Numbered from the stretch's first letter, positions 9,768-19,621 are shown. The stretch is DNA of 64,000 nt from Candidatus Latescibacterota bacterium (GCA_965261395.1 OZ253462.1:5760001-5824000), one strand, 5' to 3'. Translations and numbers: made by a program. Notes: generated by a model from the letters alone, not told the origin.

Positions 9768-10556
9768 ATGTCTCTAATTAAACCGACGCTAGACGACGAC
9801 GGTGTCATGGACTTTGTCGCCTCCGGCTTGGTCGTCCTCGAAAGCGTCATCGACGAGAGCTTCAACCGCCGCTGCGACGATCTCGATCCCGGCAACTGCG
9901 ACGCCTTTATCGCCGCGGACGACTTCACCCAGCAGGTGCTCCTGCATCCCCAAGTCGCCGGGGTCGTACGCTCGCTTTTGGGCGAGGACTTCTTGGTGCC
10001 CCGAGGCGGCCACCACCACTTTTTCAAGGAGCCGCACCTCGGCCAGACCTGGCATTCGGACGGGCTTTCGGGCAGCGGCTATGATGTCGTCGAGCTCCAG
10101 TGCTACTACTACCCGCACAGCGTCGCGCTCGCCGACGGGCCGACCATGGTTCTGCCTGGCTCGCATTGCCGCGCCGTCGATCGCGAGGCCATCGCTCACT
10201 ACGGCGATATCCGCGGCCAAGTCTCGCTGACAGTGCCGGCCGGCACCGTGGTGCTGACCCGCTATGGCATCTGGCACAAGGCCGGCCCCAAAACCAACGA
10301 CCGCGCCCGCAGCATGATCAAGTTTTCCTATCACCGCACGGCCGCGCCACAGCGAGACTGGCTCTGTGATGCGGTGGAGATTCCCGCTTACCGCGATCGC
10401 TCGCGTGTGCCCTACGCCACCGAAGTTGAATCCTACCGCGACCGGGTGCGGCGCATCCGCACTTGGCACTGGCTCTGCGGCATTGACCAAGAGATCGAGC
10501 TGCGCTGGGAAAGGTCGCAGCCGGTCTCAGAACTGATAAAGGAAGGCACACCATGA
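9768..10556 (+). CDS. Phytanoyl-CoA dioxygenase (PhyH) family protein
   Basis: QTWHSD (HxD), GPTMVLPGSH, GIWH; RBS AGGAGG. Confidence 0.85.
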   Translation: MSLIKPTLDDDGVMDFVASGLVVLESVIDESFNRRCDDLDPGNCDAFIAADDFTQQVLLHPQVAGVVRSLLGEDFLVPRGGHHHFFKEPHLGQTWHSDGLSGSGYDVVELQCYYYPHSVALADGPTMVLPGSHCRAVDREAIAHYGDIRGQVSLTVPAGTVVLTRYGIWHKAGPKTNDRARSMIKFSYHRTAAPQRDWLCDAVEIPAYRDRSRVPYATEVESYRDRVRRIRTWHWLCGIDQEIELRWERSQPVSELIKEGTP

Positions 10557-11611
10557 CCGCCGCCAATAGACCCTATGCACTGCGCGCTGTTTCCGGCTTG
10601 TACGCCAGCGAGCCGGGAATCCAAGTCGCCGTCCAGACCTCGCACAAAGCCAGCGACGAGGATTTGCAATTCTTCCAACAGCTCGGCGTCGAATGGGTCA
10701 TGCTCGGGGTTGATGATCCGGCATTGCATAGCGTCGAACACTACAAGCAGTTTGCGGCGCGCTTTGCCGCCTATGGGCTGGAGATCTATCGCATCGCCAA
10801 TCACGCGGTCCACAACGTCCCCGAGATCACCCTCAACCTGCCCGGCCGCGACGAGAAAGTTGAAGAGCTAATCCAATTCATCCGCGACCTCGGTGCCGCT
10901 GGTATCCGCTATCACACGTACGCCCACATGGGCAACGGCATCTGGAGCACCGGTCGCACCATTCGCCGCGGCGGCATGAGCGCGCGGACCCTCGACATCA
11001 AAAACGCCAAAGGTCGCTGGATCGGCGAGACGTTTGAAGGCGACTTGACCCACGGCCGCGCCTACGCGGAAGACGAGCTGTGGGAAAACTACGAGTACAT
11101 GATCCGCAAGGTGGCTCCGGTCGCCGAGGAAGCCGGAGTCTATATCGGCATCCATCCCGACGACCCGCCGGTCTATGCCCTAGGCGGGATCCCGCGCTGC
11201 ATATTCGGCAACTTCGCCGGGTACAAGCGGGCCATGGACATCGCCGATAGTCCCAATATCGGCGTCTGTCTGTGCGTCGGCTGCTGGTTGGAAGGGGGCA
11301 AGCAGGGCATGGGGGCGTCGGTCGAAGAGGCGATACACTACTTTGGTGCGCGCAACAAGCTCTTCAAAATTCACTTCCGCAACGTCTCCAACCCCATGCC
11401 CGATCCGTGGACCGAAACCCTGATGGACGATGGCTATCAGGACATGCACCGCGTGATGCAGGCCCTGCGCGCCGTCGAGTTCGACGGAGCCATCATCCCC
11501 GATCACATTCCCGATATAATCGGAGGCAGCCGCGCCGGCATCGCGTACTCGATCGCCTATATGCGGGCGTTGGTACAGGCCGTCAACAACGAAAGCGGCG
11601 GTCCGGCCTAG
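10553..11611 (+). CDS. Mannonate dehydratase (UxuA) family protein, second paralogue
   Basis: VAPVAEEAGVYIGIHPDDPP, IHFRNV, MDDGYQDM, IIPDHIP. Confidence 0.85.
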   Translation: MTAANRPYALRAVSGLYASEPGIQVAVQTSHKASDEDLQFFQQLGVEWVMLGVDDPALHSVEHYKQFAARFAAYGLEIYRIANHAVHNVPEITLNLPGRDEKVEELIQFIRDLGAAGIRYHTYAHMGNGIWSTGRTIRRGGMSARTLDIKNAKGRWIGETFEGDLTHGRAYAEDELWENYEYMIRKVAPVAEEAGVYIGIHPDDPPVYALGGIPRCIFGNFAGYKRAMDIADSPNIGVCLCVGCWLEGGKQGMGASVEEAIHYFGARNKLFKIHFRNVSNPMPDPWTETLMDDGYQDMHRVMQALRAVEFDGAIIPDHIPDIIGGSRAGIAYSIAYMRALVQAVNNESGGPA

Positions 11612-11623
11612 CCGTGAGTCGCG

Positions 11624-11652
11624 TTGACTTTGCACAGGATAGCCCCTAATAT
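11624..11652 (+). promoter_or_regulatory. Sigma70-type promoter for tRNA-Arg/tRNA-His
   Basis: TTGACT-N17-TAATAT upstream of the tRNA pair. Confidence 0.55.
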
Positions 11653-11714
11653 CTTTGAATGCTTGTACCGCCCATGCGGTCGGCGAGTAAAACGTTTTAG
11701 CTGCTCGCGGCGAT

Positions 11715-11791
11715 GTGCCCATAGCTCAGTTGGATAGAGCATCTGCCTTCTAAGCAGACGGTCGTAGGTTCGAGTCCTACTGGGCACGCCA
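11715..11791 (+). tRNA. tRNA-Arg(TCT)
   Basis: Cloverleaf with anticodon arm TCTGC-CTTCTAA-GCAGA, GGTTCGAGTCC, CCA. Confidence 0.96.
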
Positions 11792-11811
11792 TGCAGCCCT
11801 CAAGACCTAGT

Positions 11812-11889
11812 GGTGGGTGTAGCTCAGTTGGTTAGAGCGCCAGGTTGTGGCCCTGGAGGGCGCGGGTTCAATTCCCGTCATCCACCCCA
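11812..11889 (+). tRNA. tRNA-His(GTG)
   Basis: G-1 residue, anticodon loop TTGTGGC, GGTTCAATTCC, C discriminator plus CCA. Confidence 0.95.
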
Positions 11890-11911
11890 TCTTTTGACCT
11901 CGTCTTTGCCC

Positions 11912-12427
11912 ATGCAGTCGCCCGACGCACAGCCGGCCTTGGCCGGTCCCGCCAAAATCATTACGTGCGACCAGTTGCTTGCCGTCCGCAGCCAATTGAG
12001 AACAGCGCGGCAGACCTTCGTCTTCACCAATGGATGCTTTGATTTGCTACACCGTGGCCACGTCGAGTGCCTGCGCGCGGCGCGCGCCTTGGGCGATTGC
12101 CTCGCAGTGGGATTAAACGACGACGACGGAGTCCGCGCCCTCAAGGGGCGGGGCCGGCCCCTGTGCCCACAAGGCGACCGCGCCGCCGTGCTCGCGGCCT
12201 TAGAATGCGTTTCGCATGTGTGCATTTTCTCGGGGGAGAGTGTCGAGAGTCTCGTGGCCGCGCTTGCGCCCGATGTCTTAGTAAAGGGTGGCGATTACGC
12301 TCCGGTCGCCATCGTCGGCCGTGAACACGTCGAAGCGCGCGGCGGCCAAGTTCGCGCCCTGCCGCTGTGGCCGGGCATTTCCACCACTCAATTAGTCGAG
12401 CGCATCAAGGCGCTGCCCAGCGCGTGA
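11912..12427 (+). CDS. rfaE2: ADP-heptose synthase adenylyltransferase (RfaE domain II)
   Basis: VFTNGCFDLLHRGH, PDVLVKGGDY, ISTT. Confidence 0.88.
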   Translation: MQSPDAQPALAGPAKIITCDQLLAVRSQLRTARQTFVFTNGCFDLLHRGHVECLRAARALGDCLAVGLNDDDGVRALKGRGRPLCPQGDRAAVLAALECVSHVCIFSGESVESLVAALAPDVLVKGGDYAPVAIVGREHVEARGGQVRALPLWPGISTTQLVERIKALPSA

Positions 12428-12512
12428 CACCCCTTGCGCGCATTTGGTTTGGGAGGGGGATTGTGCTATATTCGTCGAAGATGGTTCACTTGTGTTTCCG
12501 ATTAAAAGTGCG

Positions 12513-13241
12513 ATGAAAAGCGCGTTGGTTTTGACCTTGGGCCTTGGGGCTTGCGCTGCGCCGCCGCAAGTCGAACAACCCCTCGTCCAGTGGGAAGAGG
12601 CTCAGCCAGAGGAAGGCGAAGCTCTCCAAGCCCTCGAACACGCCGTTGCGGCCGCGTACGAGCGCGAGCAGGCCATGGCCGAGCGCGTGCGCCAGCTAGA
12701 AACATCCAACGCCCAGTTGCGGCAGGCACTAAGAGTCCTCCAAAGCCAGAGCCGCATCCTAAGTGCGCGGCTGGATTCTTTACCCAGCCGCGCGATGCCG
12801 CCGCGCGTCGCCGCTAAAACTAGCAACCGCGATACACGGGCCGATACAACGGCTGACGTCGACAACAGCAATGCGTTCAACACGTACCAAGGTGCGCTTT
12901 ACTACTATCGACACGAACAATACGACCGTGCCTTGGTGGAGTTTGACCGCTTGCTGCAGGAAGCACCCATGAGCAAATGGTCCTACAACGCCCAGTACTG
13001 GAAGGGCGAGTGCTATTACGGACTGCGCAAATACCAGCAGGCACTCATCGAATTCACCAAGGTGTTTGCCTTTAGCAACACGGGTAAGGCCGACGACGCC
13101 CAGCTAAAAATCGCCCGCTGCCACCTCGCCCTGAACGAGCGCGAGCGAGCGCTTGCGGCCTTCCGCAAGCTGCTCGACGAATATCCAGACAGCGAATACG
13201 CGCCCGTTGCTCGCGAACAGATAAAGCACCTCGGCGGTTGA
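12513..13241 (+). CDS. CpoB/YbgF-like TPR lipoprotein
   Basis: Lipobox LGAC, coiled coil, NAQYWKGECYY, ADDAQLKI, YPDSEYA. Confidence 0.75.
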   Translation: MKSALVLTLGLGACAAPPQVEQPLVQWEEAQPEEGEALQALEHAVAAAYEREQAMAERVRQLETSNAQLRQALRVLQSQSRILSARLDSLPSRAMPPRVAAKTSNRDTRADTTADVDNSNAFNTYQGALYYYRHEQYDRALVEFDRLLQEAPMSKWSYNAQYWKGECYYGLRKYQQALIEFTKVFAFSNTGKADDAQLKIARCHLALNERERALAAFRKLLDEYPDSEYAPVAREQIKHLGG

Positions 13242-13864
13242 TGCGAACGATCTTGCTCCGATCCTGTTATCTCCTTTTGGCCGCGCTGATGATTTGTGCC
13301 ACCGCGTCGGTCGCCGTTCCTTTTCCCACCAATATGGACTTGTTGGTCGAGACCGTGGCGAGTGCGGTCGATGAGAGTTTGGCGCGCATTGATATGCCAG
13401 ATGACGCTGCGATGGCCCCCTTGTTGGTCGCGGCGCAGAGCAAGCACGACGCCAATTGGATGGTCGAGCACCTGCTGGCCAACCGGCTGCTGACGCGCGG
13501 CTTTAGCGTGACCTTGGATTCGACTGCGGCCCAACCAACGAGTATGCGCCTGTCCTACCGAGTGCTCGACCTCGGCGTCTCCGCGCATTCGGGATTGCGC
13601 GGCAGCGCGGCCAGCCGCCAGGGTCGGGTAACGCTTGCCCTGCGCTTGAGCGACGAGCGCGACGACGTGGTCCACTGGCAGGACGAAATCACCCGCACGC
13701 AGCGCGATCGAATCCCCAAAAAGCAGCTAGAAATGCTTCAGCACGATCAGTTCAAATTCGCCAAGACCGAATTAGAGGAACAAACGTGGAGCAAATTTGT
13801 CGAACCTGTTATCGTGTCCACCGTGCTCGGTGGGCTTATCTATTTGTTCTTTTCTAATCGCTAG
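13241..13864 (+). CDS. Hypothetical exported/membrane protein
   Basis: Signal peptide and C-terminal TM segment (VEPVIVSTVLGGLIYLFFSNR); lies in an operon. Confidence 0.7.
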   Translation: MRTILLRSCYLLLAALMICATASVAVPFPTNMDLLVETVASAVDESLARIDMPDDAAMAPLLVAAQSKHDANWMVEHLLANRLLTRGFSVTLDSTAAQPTSMRLSYRVLDLGVSAHSGLRGSAASRQGRVTLALRLSDERDDVVHWQDEITRTQRDRIPKKQLEMLQHDQFKFAKTELEEQTWSKFVEPVIVSTVLGGLIYLFFSNR

Positions 13865-13870
13865 CTATCT

Positions 13871-14617
13871 ATGAAATACCTCGCTCTTCCGCTCGCCCTG
13901 TGGGTCGCCGCCTGCGCCAGCACGCCGTCTGAGAAACTCCAAGGCGCGGATTACTACTTTGAAGAAGGCCAAAAGGCCATGGAGAAGAACCGCTGCCTGG
14001 AGGCCTCCGAGCACTTCAAGCGGTTAGTCAGCAATTTTCCCGGCTCGCGCCGGGTCGCCGAGGCGCAATTCCTCCTTGCCGAAGCGTACTTTTGCAATCG
14101 CGATTGGGTCAACGCAGCCTTTGAGTATCAGCGCATCGTCGATATTTATCCGTCTAGCGAGTGGGCGGTCGAGGCGCAGTTCAAGATAGGCGAGTCGTAC
14201 TTCAAGCAATTGCGCCGTCCGGAACTCGACCAGAAGGAGACCTTTGAGGCTCTGACGGCCTTCCGCAATTTCATCGAGGACCATTCCGACTCGCCCTTGG
14301 CTGAACAGGCTCGCCAGCGCATCGTCGATTGCCGGAGCCGCTTGGCCCAAAAGCAGTACTTAAGTGGCCGCCTGTACCACAAACAGGGCCATCTCGACGC
14401 GGCCAAAATGATCTACGAGGAAGTCCTGCGCGAGTACCCGGATGTCAACGAGTGGTATTACACTACCCTCTTCCGCATGGGCGAAATCGCCCGCGCTCAA
14501 GGCGATGTGGATCTAGCGGTGCGCTACTGGAAGGAAGTGCTGCAAGACAGCGGCGACCCCAAGCTGGTCGAGAACGTACAAAAGCACCTGTCCGGGCTGA
14601 GCCAATCGCCGGGCTAA
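13871..14617 (+). CDS. bamD: Outer membrane protein assembly factor BamD
   Basis: Lipobox VAAC, TPR repeats, ELDQKET..AL..F..FI...DS, LAQKQY..GRLY. Confidence 0.85.
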   Translation: MKYLALPLALWVAACASTPSEKLQGADYYFEEGQKAMEKNRCLEASEHFKRLVSNFPGSRRVAEAQFLLAEAYFCNRDWVNAAFEYQRIVDIYPSSEWAVEAQFKIGESYFKQLRRPELDQKETFEALTAFRNFIEDHSDSPLAEQARQRIVDCRSRLAQKQYLSGRLYHKQGHLDAAKMIYEEVLREYPDVNEWYYTTLFRMGEIARAQGDVDLAVRYWKEVLQDSGDPKLVENVQKHLSGLSQSPG

Positions 14618-14619
14618 AG

Positions 14620-15207
14620 ATGCGGCGCATCGGCGTCATCGGCGGCACCTTTGACCCCATCCACCACGGCCACCTGCTCTTGGCCCGTTTCGCCTTAGAG
14701 AAAATTCCCCTCGACGAAGTTCTCTTCATTCCAGCGGCCGATCCGCCGCTCAAGCAGGGCGCGTGCGCGCCGGCCGAGGAGCGCTGGGCCATGGTCGAGC
14801 TGGCCGTGGCTGGCTGCGCCGACTTTGCGGCCTCGCGCTTGGAGCTAGACCGTCCGGGCAAGTCCTATACCGTCGAAACCCTGCGCCTGCTGCACCAGCT
14901 TCATCCCCATGCCGCGCTGTTCTTCATCATCGGCGCGGACAACACTGCCCAGCTCGACGCTTGGCACGATCTCGAGGGCATTTTTGCCCGGTGTACGGTG
15001 GTGGCGGGTACGCGTCCGGGCGAGGTGACGGGCGGCGACCCCAAGCTGCTGTCGCACCTGCACTTCATAGATACCCCGCTCATTGAACTGTCCTCGACCG
15101 AGATTAGGACGCGCCGGGCCGCTGGCCTGCCCATCCGCTACATGGTGCCCGAAGCGGTCGAGGCCCACATACTTGCGAAAGGATTGTACGCCGCCCCGTG
15201 TTCCTGA
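14620..15207 (+). CDS. nadD: Nicotinate-nucleotide adenylyltransferase
   Basis: GGTFDPIHHGH, SYTVETL, FIIGAD, LSSTEIR. Confidence 0.93.
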   Translation: MRRIGVIGGTFDPIHHGHLLLARFALEKIPLDEVLFIPAADPPLKQGACAPAEERWAMVELAVAGCADFAASRLELDRPGKSYTVETLRLLHQLHPHAALFFIIGADNTAQLDAWHDLEGIFARCTVVAGTRPGEVTGGDPKLLSHLHFIDTPLIELSSTEIRTRRAAGLPIRYMVPEAVEAHILAKGLYAAPCS

Positions 15208-16373
15208 CGCATTTAGAGTGCGCCCGCACGGGCGCGCGCTACGACGCCGACGCGCTGCACAACCTCTCGGAGGTTGGTGCGCCCCTCCTCGCCCGCTACG
15301 ACCTGGACCGGGCTGGCCACGCGCTGGCCCGTGCCGCGCTCGGCACCCGCCCGCCGACGATGTGGCGCTATCGGGAAGTCATGCCCATCCGCACACCTGC
15401 GGAAATCGTCTCCCTCGGCGAGGGTTTCACCCCGTTGCAGCGCCCGGAGCGCTTGGGTCGCTGGACGGGTTTTGACCAGCTCTACATCAAAGACGAATCG
15501 TCCAACCCCACTGGTTCCTTTAAGGCCCGCGGCCTCTCGGCTGCCGTCACTTGCGCCCGCGCACGGGGCGCGAAAAAGCTGGCCATTCCCACGGCGGGCA
15601 ACGCCGGTGGTGCGTTGGCGGCCTACGCGGCCGCCTGTGGCCTGCCGGCAATTGTCTTTATGCCCCGCGATACGCCGGTGGCCTTTATCGTCGAGTGCCG
15701 GTCTTGCGGTGCCGAGGTCGAATTGGTTGACGGGCTAATCAGCGATTGCGGCCGCATCGTCGGCGAGCGCAAGGAAGCCGAGGGGTGGTTCGAGGTATCG
15801 ACCCTGAAGGAGCCGTACCGCATCGAGGGTAAGAAGACCTTGGGCTACGAGCTGGCCGAGCAGATGGATTGGTCCCTGCCCGACGTGGTGATTTATCCCA
15901 CTGGTGGGGGCACGGGACTGATTGGGATGTGGAAGGCATTCGCCGAACTGGAGCAACTCGGCTGGATTGGCCGGCACAGGCCGCGGATGATTTCGGTGCA
16001 GGCCGAAGGCTGTGCGCCGATTGTCCGGGCTTTTGCTCGCGGCGATGAATCTGCCCAGATGTGGGAAGGTGCCCACACGGTGGCCTCGGGCCTGCGCGTC
16101 CCCAGCGCGGTCGGCGACTTTCTGATGTTGCAGGTGTTGCGGGAAAGCGGCGGCCAAGCTATCGCCGTCAGCGACGAGGAGTTGCTTGCGCATTCGCACA
16201 GCATGGCGGCGCACGCGGGCATTTTCCCCGCGCCCGAAGGCGGGGCGACGCTAGCGGCCCTAATCAAGCTCAAAGAGCAGGGACTAGTGGCCCCGGACGA
16301 GCGCGTGGTGCTCTTCAATACGGGGTCGGGCTACAAGTACTTGGAGGCGCTGTCCAAGGGGCTTGTGCCTTGA
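15198..16373 (+). CDS. thrC: Threonine synthase
   Basis: SLGEGFTPL, NPTGSFKARG, EGKKT, PTGGGTG, FNTGSG. Confidence 0.88.
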   Translation: MFLTHLECARTGARYDADALHNLSEVGAPLLARYDLDRAGHALARAALGTRPPTMWRYREVMPIRTPAEIVSLGEGFTPLQRPERLGRWTGFDQLYIKDESSNPTGSFKARGLSAAVTCARARGAKKLAIPTAGNAGGALAAYAAACGLPAIVFMPRDTPVAFIVECRSCGAEVELVDGLISDCGRIVGERKEAEGWFEVSTLKEPYRIEGKKTLGYELAEQMDWSLPDVVIYPTGGGTGLIGMWKAFAELEQLGWIGRHRPRMISVQAEGCAPIVRAFARGDESAQMWEGAHTVASGLRVPSAVGDFLMLQVLRESGGQAIAVSDEELLAHSHSMAAHAGIFPAPEGGATLAALIKLKEQGLVAPDERVVLFNTGSGYKYLEALSKGLVP

Positions 16374-16398
16374 CGAGGGTGGGGGTTGCGTCTATTTT
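16370..16398 (+). promoter_or_regulatory. Sigma70-type promoter for tRNA-Arg(ACG)
   Basis: TTGACG-N17-TATTTT. Confidence 0.55.
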
Positions 16399-16418
16399 AT
16401 AGCACCACATTTTGCTAT

Positions 16419-16495
16419 GCGCCCATAGCTCAATTGGATAGAGCACCTGACTACGGATCAGGAGGTTTGGGGTTCGAATCCCTATGGGCGCGCCA
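16419..16495 (+). tRNA. tRNA-Arg(ACG)
   Basis: Anticodon arm CCTGA-CTACGGA-TCAGG, GGTTCGAATCC, CCA. Confidence 0.96.
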
Positions 16496-16503
16496 TTAAA
16501 AAC

Positions 16504-16540
16504 AACGGGTTACGTCAAGAGGCGTAGCCCGTTTTACTTT
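16504..16540 (+). terminator. Rho-independent terminator after tRNA-Arg
   Basis: 13-bp stem AACGGGTTACGTC / GGCGTAGCCCGTT (two G-U pairs) with AAGA loop, followed by TTACTTT. Confidence 0.65.
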
Positions 16541-16561
16541 GGCGAGAAAGGGGAACTATTC

Positions 16562-17515
16562 ATGGAGAATATACCTGTCGGATTAATTGGCTGTGGGGGC
16601 CGCGGTCGAGGCCACGTACGCGCCCTGCACTCGCTGGCAGACGTCGAATTGGTCGCCATCTGCGATCCCGTTGCGGCAAATCGCGAACAGGTGGGCGACG
16701 AGTGGGGCATTGAGCGCCGCTACGCAACCATAGAGGCTATGCTCGACGCCGAGGAATTGGCCGCCGCGATCGTTGCTACCCCGGCTCATCTCAACGCCGA
16801 GGCGGCCCTGCCGTGCTTGGAGCGGGGCATCGACACCCTGCTGGAGAAGCCTCCGGGCATGAGCCTGGACCAGACTCGTGCGCTCAAAGCGGCCGCCGAG
16901 GCCAGCGGTGCTCGTGGCATGGTCGGCTGGAATCGCCGCTTCGATCCGCTGGTGCGGCAAGTGCACAAGGAGATCGCGGCTCGCGGCCCGATCTACCAGC
17001 TAGTCGGCGAGTTCCACAAGAGCATGAGCCGTTTTGTCGCCGCCGGTCGCTTTCCCGCAATCGTCATGGACAACATGCTGCTCGAAAGCCCGATCCACGC
17101 GATTGATCTGGTGCGTCACTTGGGGGGATCCCCGGTTGCCGAAGTCCACAGCTTCGTCCGGCGCGCATCCGCCTACAAGGATGTCCACGCCGCTTTGGTC
17201 GTCTTTGAGAATGGTTGCGTCGCCCAGATCTGCGCGAATTACACCACTGACGCCCGCTTAGAGCGCTACGAGATCCACGGCCGCGACATTTCGGCCTACT
17301 TAGAGGGGATTTCCACCTGCGAGTTGGTGTGCGACGGGGAGCGCAAGCAGTTGCAAAAGGCCGGCCCGGACAGCACCCTAGCCCAAGCCGCCCACTTCTT
17401 TGACTGCATCAAGGCCGATCGTCCCATTGGCCCGCCGGCTGCGGACTTGGACGAGGCCATCGCTACCATGGAGCTTGCCACGGCGATTTTGGCGGGGCTG
17501 CGAGACGACGCTTGA
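16562..17515 (+). CDS. Gfo/Idh/MocA family oxidoreductase
   Basis: GLIGCGGRG, LLEKP, GWNRRF, IHAID. Confidence 0.88.
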   Translation: MENIPVGLIGCGGRGRGHVRALHSLADVELVAICDPVAANREQVGDEWGIERRYATIEAMLDAEELAAAIVATPAHLNAEAALPCLERGIDTLLEKPPGMSLDQTRALKAAAEASGARGMVGWNRRFDPLVRQVHKEIAARGPIYQLVGEFHKSMSRFVAAGRFPAIVMDNMLLESPIHAIDLVRHLGGSPVAEVHSFVRRASAYKDVHAALVVFENGCVAQICANYTTDARLERYEIHGRDISAYLEGISTCELVCDGERKQLQKAGPDSTLAQAAHFFDCIKADRPIGPPAADLDEAIATMELATAILAGLRDDA

Positions 17516-18200
17516 TCGTCCCCCAAGACACCTCTGCCACGACCGTCGCTAACCGCACGGCTTCGATGGTGAAATTACAGGCGATGTCGTAGAAGAGCTG
17601 GTCTTCCTCGACGCGCACATTAGTCCACACCGCCGGCAACCCGACGACTCCGGCGACGTCGGCTGTGGTCGGCCAGTGGACCACGCCCGACCCCGCCCGC
17701 GACCACACCCCGCTGTGCCCGACGCCGCCCAATTCTAGCTCGTAGGTTCCATCCGCCCGGAAGACCACGTGCCCGGCCAGCGTCCCATCGGCAAAGTTGA
17801 CGATTCCCCATCGACCCAACAGTTCGTCGCCTAGGTCCTGCGCTCGCGCCAAGGCGATTGCGGGTTCGGCTCCCCAATGCAGGGTGTCGCCCTCTAGCTG
17901 GAAGGACACGGTCTCACTTTGTTCTGTTAGCACCCCGCCGACGGCTGCGGTGTAGTGCAGGGTCACAACGCCGCTGTCGGCCTCGTACTGGCCTTGGTCT
18001 TCTGCCACCGGCCGCTCGGGATCATCCCGGAGTGCGACGCGGCGGAAGCTCCCATCGCCATTGAACTCGATATAGAAATGCTCTACGAAGGTGCCGAACT
18101 CGCTCCGGCAGCCCTCCCAGGCCCCTACCAGATTCGCCTGTGCCTCAGCGCTGCCGAACAGCAGGGCAATCGAGAAGATGCTTGTGCGTACCATAATCAT
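17463..18200 (-). CDS. Secreted protein with repeated lipocalin-like units and a C-terminal SWGxIK motif
   Basis: Signal peptide; LVGAW..FNGDGSF and LLGRW..FRADGTY repeats; TVVAEVSWGTIK. Confidence 0.6.
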   Translation of the reverse strand: MIMVRTSIFSIALLFGSAEAQANLVGAWEGCRSEFGTFVEHFYIEFNGDGSFRRVALRDDPERPVAEDQGQYEADSGVVTLHYTAAVGGVLTEQSETVSFQLEGDTLHWGAEPAIALARAQDLGDELLGRWGIVNFADGTLAGHVVFRADGTYELELGGVGHSGVWSRAGSGVVHWPTTADVAGVVGLPAVWTNVRVEEDQLFYDIACNFTIEAVRLATVVAEVSWGTIKRRLAAPPKSPWQAPW

Positions 18201-19621
18201 CAGACGATCTCCACGCCCCAGAAGCCCAACATGGGCAAGAATCGCTCCATATCCGCTGGCACGGTCGCCGGGGCCTTGCCGTAGCCGCCGTGGACTTTGG
18301 CCGCTCCTTGCAAGGGACGCTCCAAGACCAGCTCGACGCGGTGGTCCTGGGGATAGACTACCGCTGCGACTGGCACCTCGCCGGCCGCATCCTCAACCCG
18401 GAAGCTGTTGGCCTCTAAGTCGATGGCGTCCATCCGGCTCTCGACGGCAGCAAACTCCAATTCGACGCGGTCTCCCCGCTGCCGGGCCGCCGCCAGATCC
18501 GGTGCCTGCCAAGCTACCGCTTGGCCATAGACCAGCCCCAAAGCCGCCTGCGCCAACCGCTCCCCCAAGAGCATGTTGCCGGCGGGACTGATGTGGATCA
18601 GATCCGAAAGCGGCAGGTCGAGCGCCGGCACCACGCCTATGCCCGGCGTCTGTTGCGCCACCTGCCGCTGCGCCTCGCGCACTTGGCTCCAGCGCCGATC
18701 AACATCCGGGTCGGCGGGTTGGTACACGCGGTTTAGCTGCACGGTGAGCACCGGCAACTCCGCGTCTGCAAGGGCCTCTCGCCAGGCGGAGACCGCTTGA
18801 TGGAACCGCTGCGCATAACTGGTCGCGTCCGCGTCAGTCCCCGTATCGCTTTCCCCTTGGTACCACACAATCCCCCGGACCTTTCCTCCTACCTTTTCCA
18901 CGCACTGCACCATATTGTCGAACAGGTCCGCCGCCCCAGGCTCGCCGGGATTCCACCGAGTGAGCGGGGAGCCTCCCAATGATGTCTGTACCAAACCCAC
19001 CGGGCGCGAGAGCGTCCTTTTGAGCGTGCGCCCAAATTGCAGGTAGGGCGAGTGTCCTGGATTGGCGGTCTCTCGGTTCACCGCGTGTTGGGTATCCGTC
19101 GATTCATTCATCGGATGCGTCGCCAGTGCCCAGTGCTCGCTATTTCTGAACAGATGCACGCCCAACTCCACGGGGTCTTCGTAAGGCCCGCGCCCGTAGC
19201 CCGCCGAATTGCTCTGCCCGGCAATCACCCACAAATCGCCTACTCCCCAAAAGTGCCGCATATCTCCCCTCGGCGACCACTCCCCAGCCGGATTCTCCGC
19301 CGTCCGCAATCGCGTCTCTAGCCGGTAAAGCCCTCCCGCAGGGATGTGTTCCAAAACAGCTTTCCAAGCACCATCTTCCGCTGTTTGAACCGCCTGCCAG
19401 TCCAAACCGGCCGCAACAGCCACCCCTGTATCCTCCCATACCAAGCGCACCTCCACTTGGCCGGGGGTCTCAAACCTCCACCGGCCCCCCAACTCAATCC
19501 GTCCCTCCCCACGCTCGTCCTGCTGTATGATCTGCCAGTCCTCTGGCCCCTGTTCAATGATTGCACCGATTTGCTCTTCCATTCGATCTCTTTCTGCTAG
19601 GTAGCGTTTACTCGTCAGCAC
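18200..19621 (-). CDS. Sialate O-acetylesterase (SASA/SGNH) family protein
   Basis: VGDLWVIAGQSNS, GIVWYQGESD, DLIH; true start may be about 12 codons downstream (MEEQ). Confidence 0.85.
   Translation of the reverse strand: MLTSKRYLAERDRMEEQIGAIIEQGPEDWQIIQQDERGEGRIELGGRWRFETPGQVEVRLVWEDTGVAVAAGLDWQAVQTAEDGAWKAVLEHIPAGGLYRLETRLRTAENPAGEWSPRGDMRHFWGVGDLWVIAGQSNSAGYGRGPYEDPVELGVHLFRNSEHWALATHPMNESTDTQHAVNRETANPGHSPYLQFGRTLKRTLSRPVGLVQTSLGGSPLTRWNPGEPGAADLFDNMVQCVEKVGGKVRGIVWYQGESDTGTDADATSYAQRFHQAVSAWREALADAELPVLTVQLNRVYQPADPDVDRRWSQVREAQRQVAQQTPGIGVVPALDLPLSDLIHISPAGNMLLGERLAQAALGLVYGQAVAWQAPDLAAARQRGDRVELEFAAVESRMDAIDLEANSFRVEDAAGEVPVAAVVYPQDHRVELVLERPLQGAAKVHGGYGKAPATVPADMERFLPMLGFWGVEIV

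Noticed and set aside
16419-16540. tRNA-Arg(ACG) as the attachment site of an island
   Set aside because: I found no repeat of the tRNA 3' end and no integrase downstream, and the following genes look host-like.
18840-19600. Apparently lower GC3 in the 5' half of the acetylesterase gene, suggesting a recombined allele
   Set aside because: Judged by eye only, with no breakpoints or repeats to support it.
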